This document shows positions 16,801 to 28,810 of a stretch of 54,874 nucleotides of DNA, one piece after another. This DNA is from Spirogloea muscicola (taxonomy: Eukaryota): contig WELB01000001.1 of the NCBI GenBank assembly GCA_009602725.1, positions 736,992 through 791,865 on the forward strand. The letters are read 5' to 3'. Each line of letters opens with the position of its first letter. Position 1 is the first letter of the stretch. Made by a program: the position numbers and the translations under genes. The notes beneath the pieces are model-generated. The model worked only from the letters and a program-made list of their open reading frames with translations. It was not told the origin of the DNA and made no database searches.

Positions 16801-19800
16801 CGTAGCTCTTCTCCTTTGCCCTGCCTGAGTCAATGACAACTGTGATATCATCGATAGTGACAGCTGTCTCAGCTATGTTGGTAGAGAGCACCACTTTCCG
16901 TATCCCAGCTGCCGGCCTCTGGAAGACCTGGTATTCGAGATAGGGCATTGTGTAAGTGGAAGTGTATAGCTGGAATGTCTATCATGTCCATGCCACATTG
17001 CTACCACTGTACCTATGCCTCAGCTCAACAGTCAATGCATCTCTCCTCCTTTGTGCCTCTGGTCGCTTTTGACCAGCTCTACAGCCTGCCTTTCTCAGAT
17101 ACACTGTTGCGGTAAGTCCTATTCTCTAGCCAAATTTGCAGACCACATAAAACAGTCCACGATACGTCAACCTCAAGCATATGTCCCTGTCGGCAACGGC
17201 AGAAGAGGTCAAGGCTGTACCTTCTTCTGCTCTGTGGGGGTCACCATCGAGTGAAGGGGCAAGAGCAGGAACCTCTTGCCATCCCCAAGCACTGGGTTCT
17301 GCGACAGCCGCTCCCGTAGCCTCAGTATTTCATTCCACCCGGGTAGGAAGACCAGGGTTGCCCCCTCGTCCATCACGGAGCCCTTGCCCTCAGTCACCAT
17401 GTGCACTAGAAGCTTCTCAATTAGGTCCAAGTCCACCTCTTCCTGGTCCACTGCTGTCTGGTACTGTCTCAGGAGGTGCTCTTCCCTCCTCCCCTGCTCC
17501 TCCTGCCTCCTCTTATCCTCCACCTCTTTCTCTTGATGAGTTAGCAGCTCAACAACCTGCACAGTGCAACAAGTGCTCAAAAAGTTTCATGCATTAAGTA
17601 CGTGTTGTAATACTCCCGAGTTACTCCCGACTCCCATTTAGAACAAAGGTAGACGAGAAGCTAGGAAGATTGTCCCACCACAACCTAAGGATGCACCAAA
17701 ATTTGCAAATTTGTGCTGCAGCGATTTCAGTGTGCAGGAATTGTCCAGGCAGTCATGCAGTATGCTAGCCCCACAAGGCCACTATGTTGCGCCTTGCCAC
17801 ATACTGGTGTTATCGCAGCTAGACTGGCCAGCTATGCACACAGCGATTTTAAGTCCTGAACAGCACCTCCTCATGACCATTGTATGAAGCCCAATCAAGC
17901 GCCGTATAGCCGTCTTGCGACCTTTGGCCTATGTCCGCTCCCAGTCGCAGCAACTCTCTTACTTCTTCCACCCTCCCCTTGCCAGCCGTGACCATGAGAG
18001 CAGTGGCGCCTGAGAGAGAATGCCCGTAAGCCAGAAGCTGCCGGTGGTCCCCACCACCTTCCATGCATATGTCAAAGAGGGACTCAAAGTCATCTTCCAC
18101 CCACGCCTGCAGCATACAGTCACAGGCAAAATTTGCACTCAAATGGTGGTCAAGTATGCATGGACCCATCGTAATCAACCAAGAAGACAAGATGCACATG
18201 GAAGGCCTGACTTTGGGAGCCCGGTGAGATAGAATACCTTGCTCAGTGCTTCATCCATTGCAGCGGCATCGTCAGCACCAAGCGGCTCGATAATGTCGTC
18301 TGCATGTCTGTCATTTGAAGGTAAGGCTGGCCCTGATCTGCGATGACCACTTTCCCCCCAGTGAATGAGTGCCAGTATGTCCTCCAAATAGTAGGATTGG
18401 ACCTGATAGGTGGAACAGTCATAGGTTCCAAATTAAAATATTGTAAAGCTTGGAACTGCATACCAGCATGCTACAACACAAGTCAGTCAACATCATAACT
18501 AAAATCTCACCTGTTGAGTTTCTTGATAAATGCATACCTCAAAGAGACAAACACAAAGATTAGAGGAGAAGCTGACCTTATGAGATGTGACCCTTAGGTT
18601 TGGTTCTAGAGCTAACCGGGTGAGTGAAGCCAGGAACTCGCACAACAGGGCAACCTCCAAAGTAGGACACAAACAAGTCTATGTCTAGTGTGGCACTCAT
18701 AAGAACCTGCATAGTACAGATTAGAGTAGTATCATGCAACATTTGTGGCAACAATGAATAGTCAGAGATGCTGTATGTGGCTACTTGCAGGACATACTCA
18801 ACATACGAAGAGGTCAACATTGCATCATACTGCATCTGATGCATGAGGACCTTCGTACCACTCGAAGACTTGGAGTCAGCTTCAAGAAGTCCCTGTTCAG
18901 AGCAAGCATGGACCTTATGTCAATGGCAGGATTGACGCTGTCACACAAGATTAGCAGGACAGCGCTGTCTCCTGTGAGAGCGAAGTCTTCCTACTGCATA
19001 GCATCTTGTGCTGGGTGGGAATGCCTACATAGTATGACTTCCAAGAACAAAATGTCATCAGGTGACAAGGAAGATTTGCGGTAGCATTCACCTCAGGATG
19101 AGGAGCATGAAGTCTGCATAACGATCCCGCTCATGAATCTCGTCCTGAAGATCCAGGCAGTAAGTCACAAGGTATGGAAGATGTGCTCTTGATAAATCCT
19201 CTACGCTGTACAGTGGCATGGTCAAAGAATCTCCTACCATGTAGAGTCAAGGTCAAACTCACCACGATGATGTGTGTTGCATCTATGCTGGCCTCCTCAT
19301 AGTTCACTATCGGAGGCTTTGCACCATTTGTCAATCCCTCCTTGCCGGCTTGCCTTGAGGCAGCACCTAACTCCACCAGCTTTCGAAGCACTACCCCAGT
19401 CGTGCACAGCATGAGGGAGGAGTGTGGGCCGCCCTTTGTCTCCAATCGAATCTAATCACACCCAGATACTGCACAGAGGTTATGCCAAAGTCTTGGTGCT
19501 GTTCAACAAAGGAATGCTCAGCTGTTTGCTAAGGACACGAATGACCAGCACATACGCCAAATGTACTACAACGCCATCAAGGCAGCTGCAACAATGTTTG
19601 GAACATTCGTACAGTTCCACAGATAATGATGCCGCTGCGAGACAAGGGCTATTACCTGATAGCCCACAGTATCCCCAAGGGTCTCCCCTCTTTCAGAGGC
19701 TATACGCTCCGCCACTGCACCAAGACTGCTGCCTTTTGTAAACAATCTCTGGACGTGGATGATGCAACTAGTCTGAGGCCACCACCACTGAGGTGGCCTT

Positions 19801-21914
19801 CAGCGTTGTGGCTGCCCAAGTCATCAGTTCCAAACACGTAAGAAGTAACCTGAAGTTGCTGAAATCCGCCGAGGCTGAGTACATAGGATCCGGCACCCTT
19901 TCCGATTTCGGAGAGCGTGATCCAAGATATACTGGGGCACCTGCCCCAGTACAAGGAGCTTGTCTACTTGTCAATTTTGTGAGAGCTCACAGCCGAGGTG
20001 ATCACAAAGCTTCTGAATACGTCAGAGAGTATGGTGCTCAAATAAGTTCAGCCTCTGGACTGCTGTGCTTGGTGCTTACAGCAATGCGCGCGCCTCACAG
20101 CTCAGGTCAGCATGCACCTGCGTGGTTTTTCCGCAGCCAGTTTCGCCTGCTATAAGTACCACCTGCACATGACGTGAAGTCCTGGACGCATTGTTATCTT
20201 GACACCAGAGTTGGCCATCCAGCAATCAAGCATTCCGTGACGGGCACCCACTGCTTGGATTGCTACGTACACCTCTTTGAGGCTAAGCATGATATTAGAA
20301 GCGTCAACTCCAGCCCTGAGCAGAGTTGCTTCAATAATGCAGAGCAGTCTGCTGCAAACAGATCAGAAGCAAAAGCCTACATCCTGCTTGTTCAACGTCA
20401 ACAGCCGCAACAAGCAGGCTGTCAGCTTGCTCTTGAGGCTTGCAGTCACCTGGCTTTGCTCGACTGCTTTGATGATTTCATGCTGGAAGCGAGCAATGGG
20501 GAGCTCGGAGCGTTGCTTGGCCATCTAGGTGGTACATGTAGCGGTTCAGTGCAGTCAGTGCCTACACAAGATCGGGACTGTTGCCCCCAAGCATGAGGAC
20601 AAAGCAGAGTCACACCGGAAGCTGTCCTTGCTTCCAGCATTATGTGAAAGAGCAACAGAAAAGTGGCCCCTGCTCAGCTTCATCACTGTGCAACCAACCT
20701 AACAACAGCTCAGCTGCAGCTGAGCTTGCTGCTGCTAATATTCTGACTGTAGGGAACTTACTCCGTCGCACCTGCTGCAGCCCTGGCATGTTCTGTAGCC
20801 TCGCTGCAAGCGCATTCGCCTGGCGCTCCACTTCAATGGCGCTGCTAGGCTGCCAAGCAGGCCGGCGGTTCCTTTGGGGTATTCTGTAACCAGGCTCGAG
20901 CCTCACTGAGGCATCCTCGTCAGAGAGGGGAGCCTGCGTGAGCTCCTCTGGCGAGGGGGGGTACTGCACCAGGAGGTCAAGGATGGCCTGCTGCGAGGTT
21001 GGAGAGAAGGAGATAGGTGTTGCGTAAGTGGACTTCGGCTTACTCCCTGCTGCCTGGAAGACTGTGACTTTCCGGCGGTCTCCAACACTGCACCAGCAAC
21101 ACGAAGACATCAGCAGCGGTTGCAGCACTCAGACGACCACCCAAGCTTCAGTCTTCTGCTTGCATTGACTGAAGAAAACATCAGCCATTCTCTGGTGAGG
21201 CGTGCTTTTGTATTTGCACATTGCTTGGCCTGTACTCCCAGCCATGTGAGCTTTGCACACGAGTTGCAACCATCAGCTTTGCCATCTTGTGCATTTTAAG
21301 TGGTGATGCTGCTAGAACGGATGACTGATGTGGCTGTCAAGATGCACATGCGGCCACAAACTGCCTTCAGAGCAGCAAGCGACCAAAGGTGGCGAGAGGC
21401 GGCAGGCACCCATAGCTCTTGGATTTGAGGCCAAGCTTCTTGCAGAGCGAGTGCACGACTGCGCGGTCATGATTGCTCAGCCCCGCCTCAAACGTGAGCT
21501 CTGCAGTTGCACAGACCGCCAGACGCTAATTTCAGGCCCTTGGGCAGGGCGCCGCTTTAGAAGAACGGCACACTCAACGATCCAGGAGCCAAATTTGCCT
21601 TGGATTCTTAAGCATTGTGACGTGCAAAGCCAGACTTCTCGAGGTTATGCTAGCAACTGCTCTCCTCCTGCTTCTGCTCATCATACGCAGCCCGTTAGCA
21701 TCAGCTGGCCAGCTCGCACCACTCAAATCAGGCACCGAGGGCCAGTGGACCCGCCGAGCGCCGCAGCACAGAAGCCTGAGCTATCGCAAGGAGGTCTCCG
21801 GCTGCGTCAGAGAGCGGGGGGCATGCCTGCGTTGTCGCCAGCCCTGAATTGCTCCAGGCGCTGTGCGAGGCTGATGCGGTCGGCCTCCGACACGGGGCGC
21901 AGGCCCAGCGCCAT
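13844..21914 (-). CDS. DExH-box ATP-dependent RNA helicase, DExH6/NIH/YTHDC2-like (R3H, DEAH core with ankyrin insert, HA2, OB-fold), multi-exon
   Basis: R3H '[22 protein letters not shown]', Walker A '[10 protein letters not shown]' (~20120-20160), 'DEIHERD' (~19144), 'VLMSAT', ankyrin '[12 protein letters not shown]...GYTALDWA', 'VFLPGW', '[13 protein letters not shown]', 'QREGRAGR' and C-terminal 'IHPHSAN'/'FDEVTRG'. Start ATG at 21914; last exon 13969-13844. Confidence 0.93.
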
Positions 21915-22169
21915 GCCGCCGCCGCCGCCGCCGCCGTCGCCGCCGCCGCCGCCGCCGGTGCGGCGCGCCAGTCGCGGCCCTGGCGGCTCCTGGTCGCGCG
22001 CCCCGCGTCCGCCCGGCCTCCTGCAGCGCTGGAACGGGCAGAAAGGAATGCGACTGCTGATGTTAAATGAGCGGCTGTAAGAGGCTCAGGAAGACTTCCG
22101 CTGCTGATGTTACAAGAGCGGCTGTGAATGCCAACTCGGTACACGCTTTCTCCTCTGCGCCACTTATCA

Positions 22170-23860
22170 GCAGCTGCTTGTCCGCGCTGCCGCCTGGCGC
22201 CCTCGCGCCCCTCTGAACCTTTGTGAATTCTTTTTGGGCTGGCTTTTCGTGCCACTTCTTCTCTCGCGTTCCCAGCTCGCTCGACGCCCGAAGGACGCCT
22301 GGGAAGGCTCACTCTCCATCGGACCTTGTCCTTTCTCTGCCCCCATTGGGAGTGCCACTTCTTCTTTCTCTGCCGCGCCTTGGCTGCTGCATCTGCTTTT
22401 CTGACAGGACGACGCTTTTCCGCCATTTCTGAAGTCGTCCTGGGCTGGCCTTTCACAGCCACTGCCTTATAGTGGAAGAGCAGTTTGTTTTGGGCTGGCC
22501 TCTCACATCCATTTGCCTCACATTGGCTTAGCTCTTTCTTTCTACTTCACCTTCGCTGGAGTCTCTTGCAAAGCTGTGTGGTCATGGAGCCTTCTGGCCC
22601 TTAGTACCTGCAGCCAAGTTGCTAGCGCATGTTTACCGCATGCGCTTGGCCGTCTCGCTGCAGAGGTCCATGGCCCGCGCGCTGCACCTGCGTGCCGGAC
22701 GAGCCCTCGCTGCTGCCTCTGGCCCTGGCCAGGGGACCCGCTTCCAGAGGCCAAGTTTCTCTGACTTAAGGCTGCTTAGCAGGGGTTACTGAGAGTTTCG
22801 TAGCTGCTTAATATTGTTTTGTGCTTGTTTTTCTTAGTGCTTCCCCTGGCCCCTTCTTGCACTGTTCTTTTTTGGGCTGGCCTTTTCCAGCCCCTATCCT
22901 CTATGGGCGGCGAGCCCTTCTTCTTTGTACCTTGTCTGGGCTGGACATCCACAGCCCTCGTCCCCATTGGATGAGCTTACTCTCTCACTTACTCTGATCT
23001 GCACTTGCTGACTGGAGGTCATTGAGAGCCTCCCCGCAGAAGTCACAGAGAGTAGTCGTGCTGGCCTTTCACCGTCATTGCCTCACAGTATAAGAGCTGT
23101 TTCTTCTCTGCCCTTGTTCATATAACTGGGCTGGGTACTCACAGCCACTGTCTTACATCGAATCCATTTTCTGCAGCAGCCACGGAGAGTAGTCTCGTAT
23201 TTTTGCGCCTTCCGGCCTATCAGACCTTGTCAAATTGTTTTGCGCTGGCCTCTCAGACGACGAGCAGGCTGGATCCAACGTTGCTGGCTCGCTAGCGCAG
23301 GTTGTGCATTCCTTTTGGGCTGGCCTCTCACAGCCATTGCCTTACATTGAAAGAGCTCTCTTCTTATGGGCAGCTGTTGACTAGGGCTAAGTGAGCGTCC
23401 ATTTGCAGATTTCACAAAGAAAATTGTTCAAAAGTTTGCACCTTCCGGCATTCTAACCCCCGACATTCTAATCTTCTTCATTCTTTTGGGCTGGCCTCTC
23501 ACATCCATCGCCTTACATTCGAATAGCTTTTGCTTTCCTTAGGCCTCGCTCGGTAGAGCTGCTTCTTCTGTTAGGCTGGCTCTGACAGGAAATGAGCTCT
23601 TTCAGAAGTGACGAGAGTTGTGAAAGGCCAGCCCATAAGTAAAGGACAAGGACAGGTGAGCAACTCGGCTTTCAAAGCTGCTGGCTCGCTCGCTCAGGTA
23701 TGTCATATGCGCCTGGCATTCTTGCTCCAGCGTTCCCTACCTTTTGGCAGCGCACTTGCGTCAGGCCGCACTTTGTCTGTTGCTTCTGGGGTTTATCGTG
23801 GTGGCACTTTTCCGGCTGCATGGCTACTGTGACTTGCGGCTGCTAAGCAAGATTTGATGA
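22170..23860 (+). mobile_element. Cluster of CRE-like family C 3' ends and hairpin repeats upstream of the helicase
   Basis: 22637-22791 translates as RMRLAVSLQRSMARALHLRAGRALAAASG...SFSDLRLLSRGY*. Further C-terminal remnants lie at ~22990 and 23660-23850, with about ten GGGCTGGC..CAGCC motifs. Confidence 0.8.
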
Positions 23861-25039
23861 GCACGCATTTGTTGTAGCCTCTTGCATGGATGTATGGTTT
23901 TGCGCGTTCCAACCCCTTCTGACCTTGTCCGTAAGCAATGGAAGAGCTTCTGAAATAAGCATAGAGCGCCTCTCGTCACAATTCCTCGCCTGCTGCGCCG
24001 CTGCCCGAGAGCAGGAGCAGGGAGCAGGGAGCAGGAGCTCTCTGTGCTCCAGCTCGCCACAGAATTAGGCTGCATGCGGGCGTCAGTAAGACTTGGTATT
24101 TGCTCTTCTGCCTCTGCCTTGCACCTTCTGACGCATCGCCCTTCAGCCGCTGCCCCGAGCCCTCACCGTGGGGGCAAGTTTCCTGCACCAAATAATCAGC
24201 GGTCTGTCTGACTGGCTCAGACTGCTGTCTCACGCCAGTTGAGCTGGTGTAGTAGTCTGGTCGCGGCTACTTGGTTTGCTGCGCCGGCCTCCACTTCCTT
24301 GCACCAAGGACTGGTTGTACAATTATTGAGCTAGCGAGTTGCAACCCTTATCCTTTAGGAGGAGCTTGCACTTGTTGTAGATTCTCCTGGTGAAATCTCT
24401 TGGGTCGTTCATGACGCCACTGCCTTGAGATTGCTCAGGGTTTTCTTCCCGCCTGTTTTGACGTGATAATGAGGGGTGGAGCATGTGCGACTTGCAGGCC
24501 GAAGTCACAGGTAGGGCCTGCTTGCTTCTCTCAGGACCTTCATGTTGGCTGGCCTCTTGCAGAGACGACCACATCTGACAGGGAGTGCTCTTTTAGGAGC
24601 TTCAAGGGTGGCCCCTTATCAATGGCATTCAGTACGCAATGGCCATCAGCAAAAGCCCAACAGGAGACCGTCTCTTAGCTCAAATTAGTCAGTGCAAAGT
24701 GTCGTTTCTCTTTTGCCTACTCCTATCGGGCCAGAGATTGACAAGGGATCTTGAGCGTGTAACAACAAAGGAGTCAAGCTTGGCAATCCAGAGGTGTGCC
24801 TCTCACGCTGCCTTGCATAGTCACAGCAGCACCACTGTTGCCCCCCCCCCCCCCTCCCGCGCCTTTCCGTCTCACCCAGTCCCCAACCCATGCCCATACA
24901 ACAGGGCCTTCATATGTTACTATGGAGCTGACGCAATGCTGCAAGACCGTGTCGTCCTCACCCACTCCAGTAAGTGTGGATTACTTGAGATGCTCCTCTT
25001 GTTGGCGCCTTGTGGCTCAAGACTTAATCGCCATAGCTT

Positions 25040-25465
25040 GACACCGTTATGTCTTACTCTATCTAGCTGATCTTGTTACTCTGACTGTCACTGTCACTCT
25101 GATACCCGTGCTTGACAATTGGCATTCGTTTGCGAGCCCTCTCTGAGGGTGTCAGTGCATTGGGACTTAATCATTGTGTTTGCTCGTGTGTTTGGTCTTG
25201 CATCACAACCACCCCTCTTAAAGAAATCCATCTGGCACAAGTTCTCAATGTATGCACTATGATTCCTTCATCGTAAACACATTGTCGTTGTTCAGATTAT
25301 TTGACAAGCTACTCTCGTCATTTTCGCGCTACCTGGCTTCCAACTTACTTTAGCTTGTCTGCCTGCCATGTGGATCCTGAAACGTCGCTTTTCTCACCTG
25401 ATCTCTTACTCGTCTCTTACTGATCTCTTATCGATGTGCACTGGCAGTCAACGCTGCAGCACGAC
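25040..25465 (+). mobile_element. Possible degraded LTR related to the solo LTR at 38993-40498 (opposite orientation)
   Basis: 25418-25465 'tactgatctcttatcgatgtgcactggcagtcaacgctgcagcacgac' resembles the reverse complement of 38994-39040 'tactgacttctcgacgctatctggcagtcgacgccctgtggcacgac'. The left boundary is unknown. Confidence 0.4.
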
Positions 25466-26089
25466 GAATAGAGTTTAATCAGTTGCTCCCAGGATAATAT
25501 CGTTTCATGCGAGCAAGTGAAGGGCAGGCATTAAGCATTCCAGAGATTGTTGGGACAGGCTAAAGCTGAGGCCTCAATCTTGTTGTTGGCTTGTGAGAAG
25601 CAGGCGTGTCCTAGCCTATGCTTGAGTTCCTGCCAGCCCTGGGCAGCGTGCAAGCCTAGGTTGATGGTCAGCAAGCTATGAGAGAAGATAAGAACCCATG
25701 TGTCATGTTGACAGCCGCATCATACAAAGTGCACACAACCTTGCCATTGCTATGCGTGCATCGAGCTTCATCACAGGCAGGCTTAAGCACGGACTCTTCT
25801 TGTGCAGCTGCAGGGCGCACGTGCTGCTGGCCCTTGGCTGCTTCTTGTCATTTGTGGCTGCCAATTCGAGAGCGCTTGCAGTGGTGCCACAGCCTGCAAG
25901 ACTTGCAAAGAGCCGCGGACGGGCCTGCGTGCAATTGTGCATATGCCAGCGGGAGGAGATAGCGGCAGGCCTGGGTGCGCCCGGGCGGGCTCCCTTGGTC
26001 TCTTGGCACGCGCTGCATACTGCATATGTACGGTCAGCTGCCTGCGAATAGCATGGCCGATGAGCCACCAGGGCCGCAAGGATCAAGAC

Positions 26090-26445
26090 GTGTAATTAGT
26101 GAAGGAGGGCCTGAGTGCTAAGTACGAAGACAAGTACATCTAGAAATGTACATCACCTGCTGCCTAGCCGACCCAGTCAATAAGCGACAGATCAGCAGGT
26201 AGACGTCGCTAACCGGTGTCCAGATTCCAGATGGCAGACGCTTGGCCCTCCTGCCACCATCCAAGCCTCACCCGGCTTCCAGGTGCAAAGCATGAGCCTG
26301 CGCTCGCTGCATGAAAAGTGTTACACGACGGTGCAAGAACGACGCCTGCTGCTGGCAAGCCCATCGCAACCTGAAGCACATCGTCACATCTAGCATACCC
26401 TAGAATAGCAAGATTACTGAACAGGGCATGGAATCGAGTACCTTT
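26090..26445 (-). mobile_element. Diverged 3' fragment of CRE-like family A
   Basis: GTRFHALFSNLAILGYARCDDVLQVAMGLPAA/(frameshift)SFLHRRVTLFMQRAQAHALHLEAG*...LPSGIWTPVSDVYLL aligns to the ORF at 37472-38344. The 3' UTR is homologous and ends TAATTACAC. Confidence 0.85.
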
Positions 26446-26589
26446 GTCAGCCAGAGATGTCTGACTGCGGCCGCTAGGCGGGGTGGCGGCTGCCACAGCT
26501 GCGGGGCTCGGGGCGGGCGCGAGAGAGGGCGGCGGGCGGACGCGTGGTTGGGGCGCCGCGGCGGGTGATGAAGCTACTCCGGGCTTTCT

Positions 26590-27290
26590 CCCAGCGCTTT
26601 TCCGGCCCCCTTCGGACCCTGTCCAATCATTTCCGGGCTGATTTTCACAATGTGCTTTAAGCGCTTTTCTGGCCCCTTTGGAGTTTGTATCACTCTTCTT
26701 TTCCTGGGCTGGCCAATCACAGCCATCGCCTTTCTTGTGGAATAGACTCTCCTGTGTTCATACTTTCTGGGCTGGCTTTCCTCAGCCCCCGCCCCCTCTG
26801 GAAGAGCTCACATCTTTCGTTGTCTTTCGCATGCGCCTGGCGATATCGTTCCAACGTTCCCTTGCCCACGCAGTTCACACGCGCGCTGGACGCGCTCTGG
26901 CCGCCGCCTCCGGGTCTCGGCGGAGTGCCTCCTTCCCTGCATCGAGCTACTCTGACCTGATGTTGCTCACTCGCGGGTACTGAGCTTCCTTAATGTGTTG
27001 TCGTGTTTGGCAAAGTAAACCATTTTCGGCACCTTGTTTGGCTTTGGACATTGTCCATTGCTTTTGGGCTGGCTTTGCCAGCCCCTCCTCTCTATGGGCG
27101 AGCACTTTCTCTTTTCTCACAGCCCTCGCCACCTTTGATGAGCTTACTTCCTCTTTCTTATCATTCCCAGCCACCAGTCAATCTGGCCGCGCTATTCTTC
27201 TTACCCCTCACTTGCCGTTTACTACCCATGTCCATTCCTTTTTTGGGCTGGCCTCTCCCAGCCACTGCCGTCAAATTTGGAAGCGCATGT
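26590..27290 (+). mobile_element. CRE-like family C 3' end with flanking hairpin repeats
   Basis: FRMRLAISFQRSLAHAVHTRAGRALAAASG...SSYSDLMLLTRGY* (ends 26983), followed by a 3' UTR with GGGCTGGC..CAGCC units. Confidence 0.85.
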
Positions 27291-28019
27291 TCCTTTCTTT
27301 ACTACCCCCCGCGATGGCGGAGCCGCCGCCGCCGCGTGGCGGGCGGAGATCTATGGTGGGCTCTCTGCAACTGCCGCCGCCAAAAACGATCGGTGGCGCG
27401 CAACCGTCGCGAGTAACGAGCGGTCGTGCTGCGGCGACCGGACCAAGGTTCCGACATACGGCGCACGTGGCTCCGGCGCGTGGGCCGGCTGCCGGCGCGT
27501 GGGCGGCACCACAGGCCGGCCTGCCACGAGCACGTGCAGTAGGGGGAGGGATCCGGGATCCGACCCCCCACCCACTTGGAGAAGGACGTGCCGCCGACTG
27601 CCGGCGGAGCCGACGGTCGCCGGGCCAACGGGCGTGCCGAGATGACTCAGACCCCTCAGAGCTCTCATCCGGGCTCATCTACCCCGGCTCTGTTTGCCAA
27701 GCCCTGTTTGCTTAGCTTTTGGCTCCGCACACACACTTATGAACACCCTCTGTATCCACCTGGGTGGCTTTCAGAGTCGCTCTCCTGAATAAAGCAGCTG
27801 CATCCTTCTCTCAGCTCTTCTGACTTCCTAGTGCTGACACGGGGGTGCTAAGACCGCTCTCTTCACCTAGCCTGTGGCTCCGCTAACATACTTATGAACA
27901 CCCACTGTATGCACCTGGCTGGATTTCACGGCTGCTCTTTAGAATCAGCAGCCGCATCCTCCGCGGGCAGAGCGTTACCCCTCGGGAAAGAGCCCTTTCC
28001 AAGTTAAGAAGAAGCTCAT

Positions 28020-28810
28020 CCAAAAGGGGCGATGGCTGTGACAGGAGTAGCTCTTGCAAATGGGCGAGGTCTGCAAGTGGCCAACCCATCAAACACTGAC
28101 AAGGTCCAGAGACCCGACGTGGATAGCACGCAAAGTACAAAGAATACAGGATGGCTGCCCAGTAACGGCCCAGGCAGCAGCTGCAAGTCGGAATTGCTGT
28201 AAATTGCTCTGAAAGGCTGTGAAAGGCCCGCCAAAAAGAAATGGACAAGGGTCAAAGGGGCCAGATTGCCTAGTGGAACGAGTACGTACTGCCGATGGCT
28301 GCTCATATTCCCTTAATCAGCAGCCGCAAGTAGGAATAGCGGACAGCCGGACAGAAGAAGAAACACTTCTAGAGGGGGAGAGCTGGATAGGAGAAGCTCC
28401 TCAAGAAGAGGGCGAGGAAAGGCGAGCCCATTAGAAGGTGACAGAAGGAAAGAAGGTGAGGTACAGTTCCGTCAAGGTAAGGCAACGGCTGTAAGAGGCC
28501 AGCCCAGAAGAGATTAGAGAGGTTGTTGCCCCGGCAAAAGTCGAAGGAGGCAGCCAAGGTGCGGCCTGCCAGCAAGCACGGCAAGCACTGGAATAGCCGG
28601 AGCGAGACGGAGAGGCGCATGCTTTTAATCTCTAAAAACGACCGGCGACTTCTGCCGACTTGACGCCGGGACAGTGCTGACCACACGAGCCGCTAGAGGA
28701 GGTCGTGTCCTGAACCGTGTCCTGAACGTCCCATGGACGTCGATCAACAGAAAAAGGAGGTGGCTGAGGAAAGGCCAGCCCAAGAAGATTCCAAAATGTC
28801 CAGCCACATA
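28020..28810 (-). mobile_element. Decayed family C remnants and hairpin repeats
   Basis: 'MRLSVSL...AGRTLAAS' at 28510-28625, with hairpin motifs near 28040, 28220, 28490 and 28770. Confidence 0.65.

Noticed and set aside
26209..26496. Small spliced peptide gene on the minus strand
   Set aside because: The sequence is explained as a frameshifted family A retrotransposon 3' end.
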